Shown: positions 1 through 9,126, counted from the first letter of the stretch. The stretch: 32,000 bases of DNA from Nitratidesulfovibrio vulgaris str. Hildenborough (GCF_000195755.1 NC_002937.3:1380001-1412000), one strand, 5' to 3'. The notes: generated by a model from the sequence alone, not told the origin. Translations and numbers: made by a program.

Positions 1-30
1 GCACACAGCCTTTCGCGTACTCTTTCGCGA

Positions 31-65
31 AAAACAAAAAAGGCCCGCCTCTTGCGAGGCGGGCC
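31..65 (-). terminator. Rho-independent terminator closing the dsrMKJOP operon
   Basis: 10-bp GC stem GGCCCGCCTC/GAGGCGGGCC (42-51/56-65) with TTGC loop. On the minus strand it is followed by TTTTTTGTTTTT (A-run 30-41 on +). It lies about 18 nt past the dsrP stop. Confidence 0.8.
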
Positions 66-83
66 TTGATGTCGGAAGGGGGG

Positions 84-1247
84 CTAGAACGTGCCAGCTT
101 CCTTCTTCACTTCGATGGCTATCTTCCACAGCAGCGAGAGCACCAGAAGGCCGAAGGCGTAGATGCCAAGGGCGATCAGGATTTCGGGGACAGAGGGTGC
201 GTAGACAGTGATGCCTTCGAAGGGGTTCGGGGTGAAACCGCCGATGAGCAGGCCGAGGCCCTTGTCGATCCACGATGCGATGACAAGCATGACCAGAGCC
301 CAAGGCAGAACCTTCTCATTGTCGCGAATCTGGGGCGGAATGAGCAATGCCAGCGAAAGGAAGGCAAAGACGACCGCCGTCCACATCCAGCCGTTCACCC
401 AGTAGGAATGCCCGCCGTGACCGGCGAAGAGGAACACGAGCGGATGCTGGTGTCCGGGCATGCCGCTGTAGAACGCGGTGAAGACTTCGAGCAGGTAGAA
501 GAACACGTTGATGCACATGGCATACGTGATGATCTTCGTGAGCGTCTGCACAGCTTCGCGACCGGGGTTGAAGCCTGTCAGGCGGCGCAGCACGAATACC
601 AGCAGCAGCAGGATGGCAGGACCGGAGCAGAAGGCCGAAGAGAGGAAACGGGCGGCCATGATGGCTGTGAGCCAGTAGTGGCGGCCGGGGAGACCGGCGT
701 AGAGGAACGCCGTGACGGTGTGGATGCTGAACGCCCAGATGACGGACAGGTAGATGAAGAACTTGATCCACTTGGGAGGTTCAACATCATGCCGCTCAGC
801 CTCAAGGGTCACCCACCCGACCAGCAGGTTGATGAACAGGTAGCCCATCAGGACCATCATGTCGTAGAACATGACGGAGTTGGGGGTGGGGTGCAGGATG
901 ACGTTGAGCATCCGCTGGGGCTGGCCCATGTCGACCACGATGAAGAGCATGCACATCAGCACTGCCGATATGGCCATGAACTCACCGAGGATGATCATTT
1001 TCTTGAACTGCTTGTAGTGGTGGAAGTAGGCGGGCAGCACCAGCATGACCGCCGACGCCGCAACACCGACGAGATACGTGAACTGGGAGATGTAGAGACC
1101 CCAGGACACGTCGCGGCTCATGCCGGTGATGGCGAGGCCGTACTTCAGCTGGAACAGGTAGGTGAACCCCCCGAGACCGACGATGCTGCCGAGGAAAAGC
1201 AGCCAGATGTAGTACGCCGGGGAGCCCTTGAGAAGCTTCTCAACCAT
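84..1247 (-). CDS. dsrP: DsrP, NrfD/PsrC-family polytopic membrane subunit of the DsrMKJOP complex
   Basis: 387-aa very hydrophobic ORF with many predicted TM helices. It is the last gene of a cluster in the canonical M-K-J-O-P order and starts 11 nt after the dsrO stop. Confidence 0.85.
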   Translation of the reverse strand: MVEKLLKGSPAYYIWLLFLGSIVGLGGFTYLFQLKYGLAITGMSRDVSWGLYISQFTYLVGVAASAVMLVLPAYFHHYKQFKKMIILGEFMAISAVLMCMLFIVVDMGQPQRMLNVILHPTPNSVMFYDMMVLMGYLFINLLVGWVTLEAERHDVEPPKWIKFFIYLSVIWAFSIHTVTAFLYAGLPGRHYWLTAIMAARFLSSAFCSGPAILLLLVFVLRRLTGFNPGREAVQTLTKIITYAMCINVFFYLLEVFTAFYSGMPGHQHPLVFLFAGHGGHSYWVNGWMWTAVVFAFLSLALLIPPQIRDNEKVLPWALVMLVIASWIDKGLGLLIGGFTPNPFEGITVYAPSVPEILIALGIYAFGLLVLSLLWKIAIEVKKEAGTF

Positions 1248-1258
1248 GGCCAGTCCTC

Positions 1259-2044
1259 CTAGACGATGTAGTAGACGCCGGGCTGGGTGCCTACACTGGG
1301 CTTGCGGCGAATGCTGTAGTTTTCGTTCAGGGCCTTACGTACGGGCGAGTTCGGGTCATCCAGGTCGCCGAAGAGAATGGCGCCGTTGGAGGCCTCCACG
1401 CACGCGGGCAGCTGGCCCACGGCAAGCCGTTCGCTACAGAAGGTGCACTTTTCCACGACACCGCGTGTGCGGGCCGGGAACTTCGGATTGATGGCCTTGA
1501 TGTGCGGCTGCGGGTCGCCGAAGTTGAAGCTACGGGCGCCGTAGGGGCAACCGGCCATGCAGAAGCGGCAACCGATGCAACGGTGGTAGTCCATGACGAC
1601 GATGCCGTCGGCGCGCTTGAATGTGGCCTTGGTGGGACACACACGCACGCAGGGCGGGTTCTCGCAGTGGTTGCACAGGAGCAGATAACGGCGTTCGAGA
1701 ACTTCCTGCGACAGGTGGGGGTTCATGTCGTCAGGGAAGGTCGCTTCGTAGGTGTCCGTCCAGAGCCACTTGATCTCCTGATTGCCTTCGATGGAAGGAA
1801 CGTTGTGGATCGAGTGACAGGCCTCGATGACGCGCGAGTAGTCCTCGGGGGAGGTGAACTTGCGCATGTCGATGACCATGGCCCAGCGTTTCGCCTTGAG
1901 CGCGGTCGCACCGTCTTCATATTTGCCGGTCAGCGCAGCGGCGTCCGGGGTGGTGCCAGCGGCGACATCAAGGACGCCCTTGGCCCCAAGGCCGAAAACC
2001 GAGAGGCTGGCGATCTTCAGGAATCGTCTTCTGCTGTTGTTCAT
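1259..2044 (-). CDS. dsrO: DsrO, periplasmic 4Fe-4S ferredoxin-like subunit (Tat-exported)
   Basis: Twin-arginine signal MNNSRRRFLKIASL. Cys clusters CNHCENPPCVRVCP, CIGCRFCMAGCP and CTFCSERL...C. Start set at the internal ATG 2042-2044, which overlaps the dsrJ TAA (TAATG). The 83-aa N-terminal extension in the ORF track overlaps dsrJ and looks non-coding. Confidence 0.85.
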   Translation of the reverse strand: MNNSRRRFLKIASLSVFGLGAKGVLDVAAGTTPDAAALTGKYEDGATALKAKRWAMVIDMRKFTSPEDYSRVIEACHSIHNVPSIEGNQEIKWLWTDTYEATFPDDMNPHLSQEVLERRYLLLCNHCENPPCVRVCPTKATFKRADGIVVMDYHRCIGCRFCMAGCPYGARSFNFGDPQPHIKAINPKFPARTRGVVEKCTFCSERLAVGQLPACVEASNGAILFGDLDDPNSPVRKALNENYSIRRKPSVGTQPGVYYIV

Positions 2045-2424
2045 TACTGGTTCCCCCTCGGAGCGACATGGCAGTCCCAGCAGTAGGGGCTCACGCTGTT
2101 GGAGTTGTGGCACTTGTCGCAGAAGTCGGCCTTGTTGGCGTGGCACTTCATGCAGGTGTTCTGGAGGCTGATCTCCCACTGCTTGCCGTTGCTCGCCACG
2201 TAAAGACGCTTGCCTTCGCGAAGGGCCTCGTCGCGCCAAAGGTTGAGGATGTGCATATGTTCGGCGCGCATGTAGCCCACGGGCTCGATGCATTCCTTCT
2301 CCCCGGCGGGGAGGGCAATCTGCGGACGCTCGTACTTGGGCGTCAGCAGGTTGCTCCAGAACGGGAAGGTGAACAGCCCGACAAAGATGACGATGCCGGG
2401 GATGATGTACTTGCCGTTATACAT
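2044..2424 (-). CDS. dsrJ: DsrJ, membrane-anchored triheme cytochrome c
   Basis: 126 aa with an N-terminal hydrophobic anchor (IIPGIVIFVGLFTFPFW). Three CxxCH haem motifs: CMKCH, CDKCH, CWDCH. Confidence 0.9.
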   Translation of the reverse strand: MYNGKYIIPGIVIFVGLFTFPFWSNLLTPKYERPQIALPAGEKECIEPVGYMRAEHMHILNLWRDEALREGKRLYVASNGKQWEISLQNTCMKCHANKADFCDKCHNSNSVSPYCWDCHVAPRGNQ

Positions 2425-2426
2425 GA

Positions 2427-4037
2427 TTATGCGTCCTCCATGCCGGGCAGGTCTTCTTGACGGAGGTCCATGGTGCGCTTGGTCTCACCACGCATGACGA
2501 GGGCGTTTGCAACCAGTTCGTGCGTACCGTAGACGGAAACGCCGGGAGCCCAGTAGTTGGCAAGGGGAGGCAGCGTGGCACGGTCGATGGCGCAAATGCA
2601 GGCCATGGTGTCGACGCCGTGCTTCTGCTGCACATAACGCAGGGCGTTGCCTCGTGGCAGACCGCCGCGCATGCGCAATTCCATGATCTCGTCGGTGTTC
2701 AGGCCGGAACCGCCGCCGCAGCAGAAAGTCTGCTCACGGATGGTGTTCTCGGGCATTTCGTAGAAGTTGTTGCACACCGACTTGATGACGTATCTGGGCT
2801 CTTCAAGCAGACCCATGCCTCGTGCAGGGTTGCACGAGTCGTGGAACGTCACCGTGAGGTGGTCGTTGCGGCTGGGGTCGAGGCGCAGCTTGTTGTGCTT
2901 GATGAGGTCGGCCGTGAACTCGGTGATGTGCACCATCTTGGTGGCGGCGGCGTTTTCGAAGACCGTGCCGGTGATGGGCGACTTGGGCACTTCCATGTGC
3001 GAGGGGGTGGGGCCGTTGAACGTCTCCATGTACTGGTGGACGACGCGCCACATGTGACCGCACTCGCCGCCGAGAATCCACTTGGAGCCAAGGCGCTCGG
3101 CTTCGGCGTACATCTTCGCGTTCAGCTTCTTCGCCATGTCGAAGGAAGTGAATGAACCGAAGTTGCCGCCTTCGGAGGCGTAGGTCGAAAGGGTATAGTC
3201 CAGCCCGATCTCGTGGAAGAGCATGAGGTAGCCCATGAACGTGTAGATGCCGGGATCGGCGAACACGTCACCCGAAGGGGTGATGAAGACGATCTCATGT
3301 CCCTTCTCGTTGAAGGGCGGGTCGATGTGGATGCCGGTGATCGTTTCGATGTCCTCGCAGAGGAACTCGACGATCTCCTTGAAAGCGTGGGGCTGGATGC
3401 CGAGGTGGTTGCCGGTGCGGTTACAGTTGTACACCGGCTCCATGATCCAGTTGATGCCCAGACCTACTTCGTGCAGCAGCTCGCGGGCGATGGCCGTGAT
3501 TTCAGCCGTGTCGATGCCATAGGGGCAGAACAGGGAGCAACGGCGGCATTCGGTGCACTGGTAGAAGTAGTAGAACCACTCCTTGACCACGTCCTTGTCG
3601 AGCTTCCGGGCTCCCACCAGCTTGCCGAGCAGCTTGCCGGCGGTGGTGAAGTCGCGCCGGTAGACTGAACGCAGCAACTCGGCACGCAGAACGGGCATGT
3701 TCTTGGGGTCGCCGGTGCCGATGAAGAAGTGGCACTTGTCGGCGCAGGCGCCGCAACGCACGCAGATGTCCATGAACAGCTTGAGCGAGCGGTGCTTTTC
3801 GAGACGCTCCTTCAGGCCATTGTAAAGAATCTCCTCCCAGTTCTCCGGAAGGTTCCAGTCTTCCTGATCAGGAGCCCACTCGTGCGGGTTGGGCATCCCG
3901 AGGCTCTTCATGATGTCCGGCTTGGACGGATAACACCATGTGCCGGGGCGGAAGTCGGGCTTCACATCCATCCAGCTTTCGGCGGGAAAGCCGGGCTTGC
4001 TTGCGATCAGCTGTTCGGGGGTTGGCAGTTTGGACAT
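2427..4037 (-). CDS. dsrK: DsrK, HdrD-like cytoplasmic Fe-S subunit with CCG domains
   Basis: 536 aa. Ferredoxin motifs CVRCGACADKC and CTECRRCSLFCP. CCG-type motif FCCGGGSG near the C-terminus. Position between dsrM and dsrJ. Confidence 0.9.
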   Translation of the reverse strand: MSKLPTPEQLIASKPGFPAESWMDVKPDFRPGTWCYPSKPDIMKSLGMPNPHEWAPDQEDWNLPENWEEILYNGLKERLEKHRSLKLFMDICVRCGACADKCHFFIGTGDPKNMPVLRAELLRSVYRRDFTTAGKLLGKLVGARKLDKDVVKEWFYYFYQCTECRRCSLFCPYGIDTAEITAIARELLHEVGLGINWIMEPVYNCNRTGNHLGIQPHAFKEIVEFLCEDIETITGIHIDPPFNEKGHEIVFITPSGDVFADPGIYTFMGYLMLFHEIGLDYTLSTYASEGGNFGSFTSFDMAKKLNAKMYAEAERLGSKWILGGECGHMWRVVHQYMETFNGPTPSHMEVPKSPITGTVFENAAATKMVHITEFTADLIKHNKLRLDPSRNDHLTVTFHDSCNPARGMGLLEEPRYVIKSVCNNFYEMPENTIREQTFCCGGGSGLNTDEIMELRMRGGLPRGNALRYVQQKHGVDTMACICAIDRATLPPLANYWAPGVSVYGTHELVANALVMRGETKRTMDLRQEDLPGMEDA

Positions 4038-4046
4038 GTCGGCTCC

Positions 4047-5051
4047 TTACTCGGCAGCAGCTTCGTCGGGTTTCTTATCGAGCGGAAGCCCGGCCTCGGC
4101 CATCAGGTCGCGGAACTCGTCTTCGTACTCGGCGTAGGTGCGGTACTTCTTGGGCGGGTTCCAGGGGTTGACGTGCCGCACGGCGCGGGAGTTGTTCGGA
4201 AGGTTGCGCGTGGGGCTGAGGAACACGCCACCCATGTGCATGAGCTTGCTGAAGGGGAAGTACATGAGCAGCGCACTCAGGAACATCATATGGATGAAGA
4301 ACACGGTGCCGATGCCATCGGGCACGACCGGGTTCAGCGTGACAAGACCCATGGTCAGCACCTTGACCGAAGCGATGTCGACCTTCGCGAAGTAGCGCAT
4401 CCATATGCCGCTGCCGACAAGACCAAGGATCAGGAACAGCGGGAAATAGTCGTTGGCGAGAGAGATGTAGCGAATCTTCTCGCTGAAAAGGCGGCGGCAA
4501 AGCAGGAAGACAAGAGCGACGACCACGAGCACGTCAGTCATGAACATGCGCGGGGCACCAATCTGCATGATACCGTCAAGCGTCTCCATGAAGCTGATGG
4601 CAAAGGGGACGGGCTCGAGGAAGAACCTGAAGTGCCTGATGAAGATGGTCAGGAAACAGTAGTGGAAAATCAGCGCGAAGAGCCAGAGCCACTTGGCCGA
4701 GTAGTAGACCACGCGCGGACCGTTCTGGATCTCCATCGAAGTGTTGCGGAAGAGCGAACGGAACAGCAGTACTTCGAGAAGCATGCGTCCCACGGTGCCC
4801 GTAGTGGTGTAAGGGCTGTCAAGGCGCGCAGGCTTGATCCAGTCGAGCGACCGCTGCTGCCCGCCGGTGGTGGGAATACGGAAGGGCACGGGAGACTTGG
4901 CCCAATCCACTATCCGCCAGACGAAGCCGACGATGAACACGAGCATTGCGGCAAGCGGCAGTACCACCCCAAGAACGTACTGAAAGCCGGAAACGGCTCC
5001 CAGCCAGGCGATACAAGCGAGCGCAATGACCGCTAAAAATGAAAAAAACAT
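4047..5051 (-). CDS. dsrM: DsrM, NarI-like dihaem b membrane subunit (quinol-interacting)
   Basis: 334-aa hydrophobic protein with about 5 TM helices and conserved His. First gene of the dsrMKJOP order. GAGG RBS about 7 nt upstream of the ATG. Confidence 0.85.
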   Translation of the reverse strand: MFFSFLAVIALACIAWLGAVSGFQYVLGVVLPLAAMLVFIVGFVWRIVDWAKSPVPFRIPTTGGQQRSLDWIKPARLDSPYTTTGTVGRMLLEVLLFRSLFRNTSMEIQNGPRVVYYSAKWLWLFALIFHYCFLTIFIRHFRFFLEPVPFAISFMETLDGIMQIGAPRMFMTDVLVVVALVFLLCRRLFSEKIRYISLANDYFPLFLILGLVGSGIWMRYFAKVDIASVKVLTMGLVTLNPVVPDGIGTVFFIHMMFLSALLMYFPFSKLMHMGGVFLSPTRNLPNNSRAVRHVNPWNPPKKYRTYAEYEDEFRDLMAEAGLPLDKKPDEAAAE

Positions 5052-5085
5052 TCCGTTACCTCGCTGCTAGGCTTTCGGTTGTCAA

Positions 5086-5625
5086 TTATTCCGGTTCCCC
5101 TGCCGGTCGGTCCACTATCATTTCAGCCCTGCGTATGATCTGGGCGTAACGCCTTTTGTATTCATCGACTTTGAGCATGTGCATGCGTTCCCGGTCTTCC
5201 GAGTACATGCGAAAGGCCATCAGACAAAGGGAGTCGACACGCGACTCCATTGCAAGGTAGTTCGCGAATCCTTCCTGCCCGGCATACATGGGCAGGATTT
5301 CTTCGCGGAGTATCGGCTTCACGCAGAAGATGATCCCGGTAGCCTGTTCAGGCGTGAACTGCTGGATGGCGCGAACCCTGATGAGGTCGGCAAGAGCACT
5401 TTCGACCTCGCCATCAACCATATCGTCACCGCAGATTGCGGCAACCATGAGGGTTACGGCCTTCTCCGTGGCATGTCCCACGGGGTTGGAGAATTCGTTT
5501 TTCCTGCTCCGAAGGAATCCTGTCGTGTCAAAGGGGTAGGTTGCGTAGATGAACTCACCCCATCTGGCGCTGATTTTTTCCTTCAGTTCGGGGGTAATGG
5601 TCGATGTCGTCATGGTCTCTCGCAT
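5086..5625 (-). CDS. Conserved hypothetical soluble protein co-oriented with dsrM and 34 nt upstream of it (possibly RsbRD-N-like; not verifiable here)
   Basis: 179-aa ORF with genome-typical codon usage and no TM or signal segments. The start could instead be the second ATG at 5613 (MTTSTI...). The family assignment rests only on recollection of annotations in related genomes. Confidence 0.6.
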   Translation of the reverse strand: MRETMTTSTITPELKEKISARWGEFIYATYPFDTTGFLRSRKNEFSNPVGHATEKAVTLMVAAICGDDMVDGEVESALADLIRVRAIQQFTPEQATGIIFCVKPILREEILPMYAGQEGFANYLAMESRVDSLCLMAFRMYSEDRERMHMLKVDEYKRRYAQIIRRAEMIVDRPAGEPE

Positions 5626-5762
5626 TTTGTAGGGAAGAGGGTCGCTTGCGCGCCAACCCTATACGGTCAATCGAGTGCACTGGACAAGCGAAAATAGCGG
5701 TGAAACCGAGAAAACCCGCACCGTGCAAAAGAAAAGCCCTGTCATCCGAAAATGATTTTTTT

Positions 5763-5791
5763 CACATAGTCCGAAACCGGTGAAAGGTCAA
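5763..5791 (-). promoter_or_regulatory. Sigma70-like promoter for the 179-aa gene and probably dsrMKJOP
   Basis: Minus strand reads TTGACC (5791-5786), a 17-nt spacer, then TATGTG (5768-5763). Same architecture as the rpsL promoter candidate (TTGACA-17-TATGTC). It lies about 130 nt upstream of the ATG at 5625. Confidence 0.45.
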
Positions 5792-5794
5792 TAA

Positions 5795-5808
5795 AACAAC
5801 ATGTTGTT
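5795..5808. promoter_or_regulatory. Perfect 14-bp palindrome AACAACATGTTGTT next to the -35 element (candidate regulator site)
   Basis: Read directly: AACAACA|TGTTGTT, 3 nt upstream of the TTGACC -35 hexamer on the minus strand. Confidence 0.4.
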
Positions 5809-5823
5809 GTTTGGGTGAACAGC

Positions 5824-6771
5824 TTAGCGTGCTGTGGCGTCTGGGCAGGGTGCCGCTGAGGGCTGACCGCTGCAGCCTTCAAATTCCAGAGGCTGCAGGG
5901 GGAGTGTTGCGTCCGCAGCAGGGGCGTTACTGCCGATTCCCGGGAGTTTAGCCAATCCATGAGTCTGGATGAGTGGCAGCCTGTTGCTGCCAGCGGCGAA
6001 CACATGCGCTTTATTCCGCAATAGTTTGAACCGGAGGCTTGCTTCCTGTGTCGCAGAGAGAAGGGCCACAGGACGCGGGGTCGCTTCTGTCGCCCGGCGG
6101 TAGGCAAGGAAAAAGCTGCTGCCTTCGGCAATTTGACCTTGCATGACAGCGATGGCATTCAGGTCGTCGTCGTTTTCAGCGACGGGTATGAACGCAACAT
6201 CCTTGGCGGAGGGCAGGAGCCCCATGATGGCATCGCGGCACGCCGGACATGAAGGCGAAAAGTAGATGCGCACCGAGGCTTCGGGGGTACCCTGCAGTAT
6301 CCAGGGAGAAAGCCGCTCTTCAGCCAGGGAGACGAGGTTGCTGCTGCAAAGCAAGGCCCAGATGATGAGCAGCCACGGAAAGCCGAGCGGTTCTCTAGGA
6401 GATGCTTTGGCTGCCCTGAACGCGGCATAACTGAGAGCAAACAGGGTGGCGATGATCAGGCAGTTCGCACATGGTGCAATGAAGGCCATGAGTGCCAGTA
6501 GAGCGATGTCGCCTAAGAGGAAGAGTCCTGCGAGAGCGAGGCCCAAACTCGTGCGACCGAGAAGCGCGGCGAGGGAAAGCGTCGCGAACGCAAACATGCC
6601 CACATGCCATAGCGAGACGCCAGCGTACGACAAGTCGCTGAAGAGCTGGCATCCGGTGCTGATGCATGTTTCTTGTGAATCTGCAAAGGCCACCCATGTG
6701 GCGAAAGAAAGCCCTGCGAGGCAGACAAGCAAGGGAATGCCAAGCGTGGAGCTATTGCGACGCTGCAACAT
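5824..6771 (-). CDS. VKOR-like membrane domain fused to a thioredoxin-fold domain (putative quinone-dependent disulfide oxidoreductase, DsbB analogue)
   Basis: 315 aa. About 5 TM helices. Loop Cys pair with downstream motif CISTGCQLFSDLSYAGVSLWHVG. Intramembrane CANC at the start of a helix. After the last helix, a Trx-like stretch IYFSPSCPACRDAI with a later cis-Pro-like RLPL. Strong RBS GGAGGAAG 5 nt before the ATG at 6771. Confidence 0.55.
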   Translation of the reverse strand: MLQRRNSSTLGIPLLVCLAGLSFATWVAFADSQETCISTGCQLFSDLSYAGVSLWHVGMFAFATLSLAALLGRTSLGLALAGLFLLGDIALLALMAFIAPCANCLIIATLFALSYAAFRAAKASPREPLGFPWLLIIWALLCSSNLVSLAEERLSPWILQGTPEASVRIYFSPSCPACRDAIMGLLPSAKDVAFIPVAENDDDLNAIAVMQGQIAEGSSFFLAYRRATEATPRPVALLSATQEASLRFKLLRNKAHVFAAGSNRLPLIQTHGLAKLPGIGSNAPAADATLPLQPLEFEGCSGQPSAAPCPDATAR

Positions 6772-6861
6772 GAACTTCCTCCGGTGGAGCCGGTTGGTGG
6801 CAAAACGGGCTGACCTTACGTCGTTATCTTGCGCAGGTAAAGCCTGTATGAGGTGTTCCCA

Positions 6862-7560
6862 ATGTCTTCGGTGTTTCCTGACCCCCTGTCGGGTCTCTTT
6901 TCAGTGCGGAAGAGTCAAAAGGCAAGACGCATTTCGCTCCGTGTCGTCTCTGGGCGACTTGAAGTCGTCCTCCCGAGGGGAGTCTCCGAGTCGGTCGTGC
7001 CGGAAGTCTTGGCGCGTCATCAGAAGTGGATTGAGAGACATCTCTCCGGATTTCGAGATGTTCATCACGCCAGGGGCGCAGCGCTTGTTCCTGACAGGAT
7101 ATGCTTGGTGGCTCTCAACGAGTCGTTCCGAGTTGAAATCGGTGATGGTGGGGCAGGGCGCGTCAAGGCAGAAAACGTGGTGGTTGTCCCTCAGGAGACG
7201 GCGCACGCCGTCGTTGGTTTACGAAAGTGGCTTTGCCGCGTTGCGAGGTCGTTCTTTTTATCCGAACTTGGAAGCTGTGCTGCTACAACAGGTCTGGAAT
7301 GGGGTGCCCTTCGAGTTGGTATGCCGAAAACACGATGGGGGAGTTGCTCATGCAGAGGAACCATAAGTCTGAATGCAAGGCTGCTCTTTCTGGCGCCATC
7401 GCTTGTCAGACATGTCGTCATACATGAGCTTTGTCATCTGAAACATCCGAATCATGGGAGAATGTTTCATGAACTCTTGCAAAGCTTCGATCCGTTAGCT
7501 GTCATCCACGCGCGCCAGCTCAAATACGCCCGTTATGCCATCCCCATGTGGGCTGCATAG
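6862..7560 (+). CDS. YgjP/DUF45 (SprT-like, M48-related) zinc metallohydrolase
   Basis: Family hallmarks: RISLRV...GRLEVVLP, RWGSCS..GTISLN..L and the HExxH motif VVIHELCHLKHPNHG. Start set at ATG 6862 (GAGG 7 nt upstream) rather than GTG 6853. Confidence 0.75.
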   Translation: MSSVFPDPLSGLFSVRKSQKARRISLRVVSGRLEVVLPRGVSESVVPEVLARHQKWIERHLSGFRDVHHARGAALVPDRICLVALNESFRVEIGDGGAGRVKAENVVVVPQETAHAVVGLRKWLCRVARSFFLSELGSCAATTGLEWGALRVGMPKTRWGSCSCRGTISLNARLLFLAPSLVRHVVIHELCHLKHPNHGRMFHELLQSFDPLAVIHARQLKYARYAIPMWAA

Positions 7561-7659
7561 TGCCCATGACAGTTCAGTCGACAAAAGTAAAAGAAGCCCA
7601 CACCCATTGACTGGATACGCCTCGTCGATGTCCCTTGCTCCTCCTGCGGCTGTTTCCAT

Positions 7660-7688
7660 AAAAAAAGGAGGCACCTTGCGGTGCCTCC
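7660..7688 (-). terminator. Rho-independent terminator of sat (possibly bidirectional)
   Basis: Stem GGAGGCACC/GGTGCCTCC (7667-7675/7680-7688) with a 4-nt loop. Followed on the minus strand by T7 (A-run 7660-7666). It lies 23 nt past the sat stop. Confidence 0.8.
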
Positions 7689-7711
7689 TTCGTATTTGTG
7701 CCTGGAAGTCG

Positions 7712-8995
7712 TTACATCACAGAGCCGGAAGCGGCCTGCTGCATCTTGACTTCGACCTTTTCGGTCAGGCCGCTGTAGTACTCGCGAAGGATCACGAGAA
7801 CTTCGTCGCGACCGAAGTGGTCGACAACTTCGGCGCCTTCGGAAAGGGCCTTGCGCAGCTTGGTGCCGGAGAGGATGACGCGGTCTTCCTTGCCGTGCGG
7901 GCAGGTACGCAGGGAGGCCATGCCGTCGCACTTGTAGCAGTAGAAGGTCCAGTCGATCTTCAGGGGCTCGCAAAGCAGAGCCTTGCCGGGGGTGGGGCAG
8001 GCTTCGTTGATGTAGGGGATCTTGTTGAAGATCGTCTGAGCTTCGAACATCCCGTAGAAGTCGCCCACACCGGCGTGGTCACGGCCGATGATCATGCGGT
8101 TGATGCCGTAGTTCTGGCGGAAGGTTGCGTGCAGCAGACCTTCACGGGGGCCGGCGTAGCGCATGTCGAGGGGGTAGCCAGCCTGAATGACGTTTTCCTT
8201 CACGAAGTACTTTTCGACGAGGGTGTCGATGCAGCGAACGCGAACTTCAGCAGGAATGTCGCCGGGCTTCAGCGAGCCCACGAGGGAGTGGATGACCACA
8301 CCGTCGCAGACTTCGATGGCGATCTTGGCAAGGAATTCATGCGAACGGTGCATGGGGTTGCGGAGCTGCAGGGCAGCAACGTTGGCCCAGCCACGCTCTT
8401 CCATTTCCTTGCGGAGTTCGGCAGGACGCTTGTAGACGCCAGCGAACTTGGTGGGGAATTCGCCTTCGGACAGCACCTTCACGGTACCGGCGATGTTGAA
8501 TTCCTTCTGCTCCATGACCATCTTCACGCCGGGGTGGTCATCAAGAGCCACTTCCCAGAACTTCTGCGAGTCGGGGCCTTCGCCCTTGAACACCAGCTCG
8601 CATTCCCACTTCTTGTCGGCTTCGGTCATCTCGTAGATTTCTTCCACGAGCATGGTGGCGAAGGTTTCGCCCTTGCGGACGAGAGCGATTTCCTGACCGG
8701 GCTTGATGGCTGCGGCGTCGTCCTTGGACACGTCAAGGGTCACAGGCACAGGCCAGAAAGTGCCGTCGGCGAGGGTCATCTTTTCGCAAACGCTCTTCCA
8801 GTCGGCCTTCTTCATGAAGCCGTTCAGCGGCGAGAAGCCGCCAATGCCCATCATGATGAGGTCGCCCTTGGCGCGGGAGGAGATTTCGATCTGCTTGAGG
8901 CCGGCAGCCTTCTTCAGTTCGGCTTCGCGATCAGCGCCTTCGAGCAGGCAGCACACAAGGCCCTTACCACCATGAGCGGGAACCAGCTTGGACAT
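7712..8995 (-). CDS. sat: Sulfate adenylyltransferase (ATP sulfurylase)
   Basis: 427 aa with ATP-sulfurylase signatures ([19 protein letters not shown]). GGAGGA RBS 8 nt upstream. Confidence 0.95.
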   Translation of the reverse strand: MSKLVPAHGGKGLVCCLLEGADREAELKKAAGLKQIEISSRAKGDLIMMGIGGFSPLNGFMKKADWKSVCEKMTLADGTFWPVPVTLDVSKDDAAAIKPGQEIALVRKGETFATMLVEEIYEMTEADKKWECELVFKGEGPDSQKFWEVALDDHPGVKMVMEQKEFNIAGTVKVLSEGEFPTKFAGVYKRPAELRKEMEERGWANVAALQLRNPMHRSHEFLAKIAIEVCDGVVIHSLVGSLKPGDIPAEVRVRCIDTLVEKYFVKENVIQAGYPLDMRYAGPREGLLHATFRQNYGINRMIIGRDHAGVGDFYGMFEAQTIFNKIPYINEACPTPGKALLCEPLKIDWTFYCYKCDGMASLRTCPHGKEDRVILSGTKLRKALSEGAEVVDHFGRDEVLVILREYYSGLTEKVEVKMQQAASGSVM

Positions 8996-9126
8996 ACCTT
9001 ACATCCTCCAGATGCGTGATGTTGTTGACACCGTCCGGGATCAAAGTGATGCCCGGACCAAAATTACAATCACCAAAAAATCAACTTCAGGCGATGCCTT
9101 CGGGGTGGCGTCGCGTTGATTCCGTC

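Noticed and set aside
2045-2293. 83-aa N-terminal extension of the dsrO ORF
   Set aside because: It overlaps dsrJ in another frame and is Arg/Gln-rich. The Tat signal MNNSRRRFLK begins at the internal ATG, which has the typical TAATG coupling to dsrJ.
5750-5767. Possible Rex site at the dsr promoter (TTCACAT half-site overlapping the -10)
   Set aside because: Only the right half resembles the consensus. The left half (AAATGAT) matches 3 of 7 positions, which is not enough for a dimer operator.
66-9019. Plus-strand ORFs antisense to dsrP (398 aa), dsrM (435 aa) and sat (494 aa), and many 60-230-aa ORFs inside dsrK and dsrO
   Set aside because: They overlap well-supported genes on the other strand, have Arg/His/Asp/Gly-rich composition, and lack start context.
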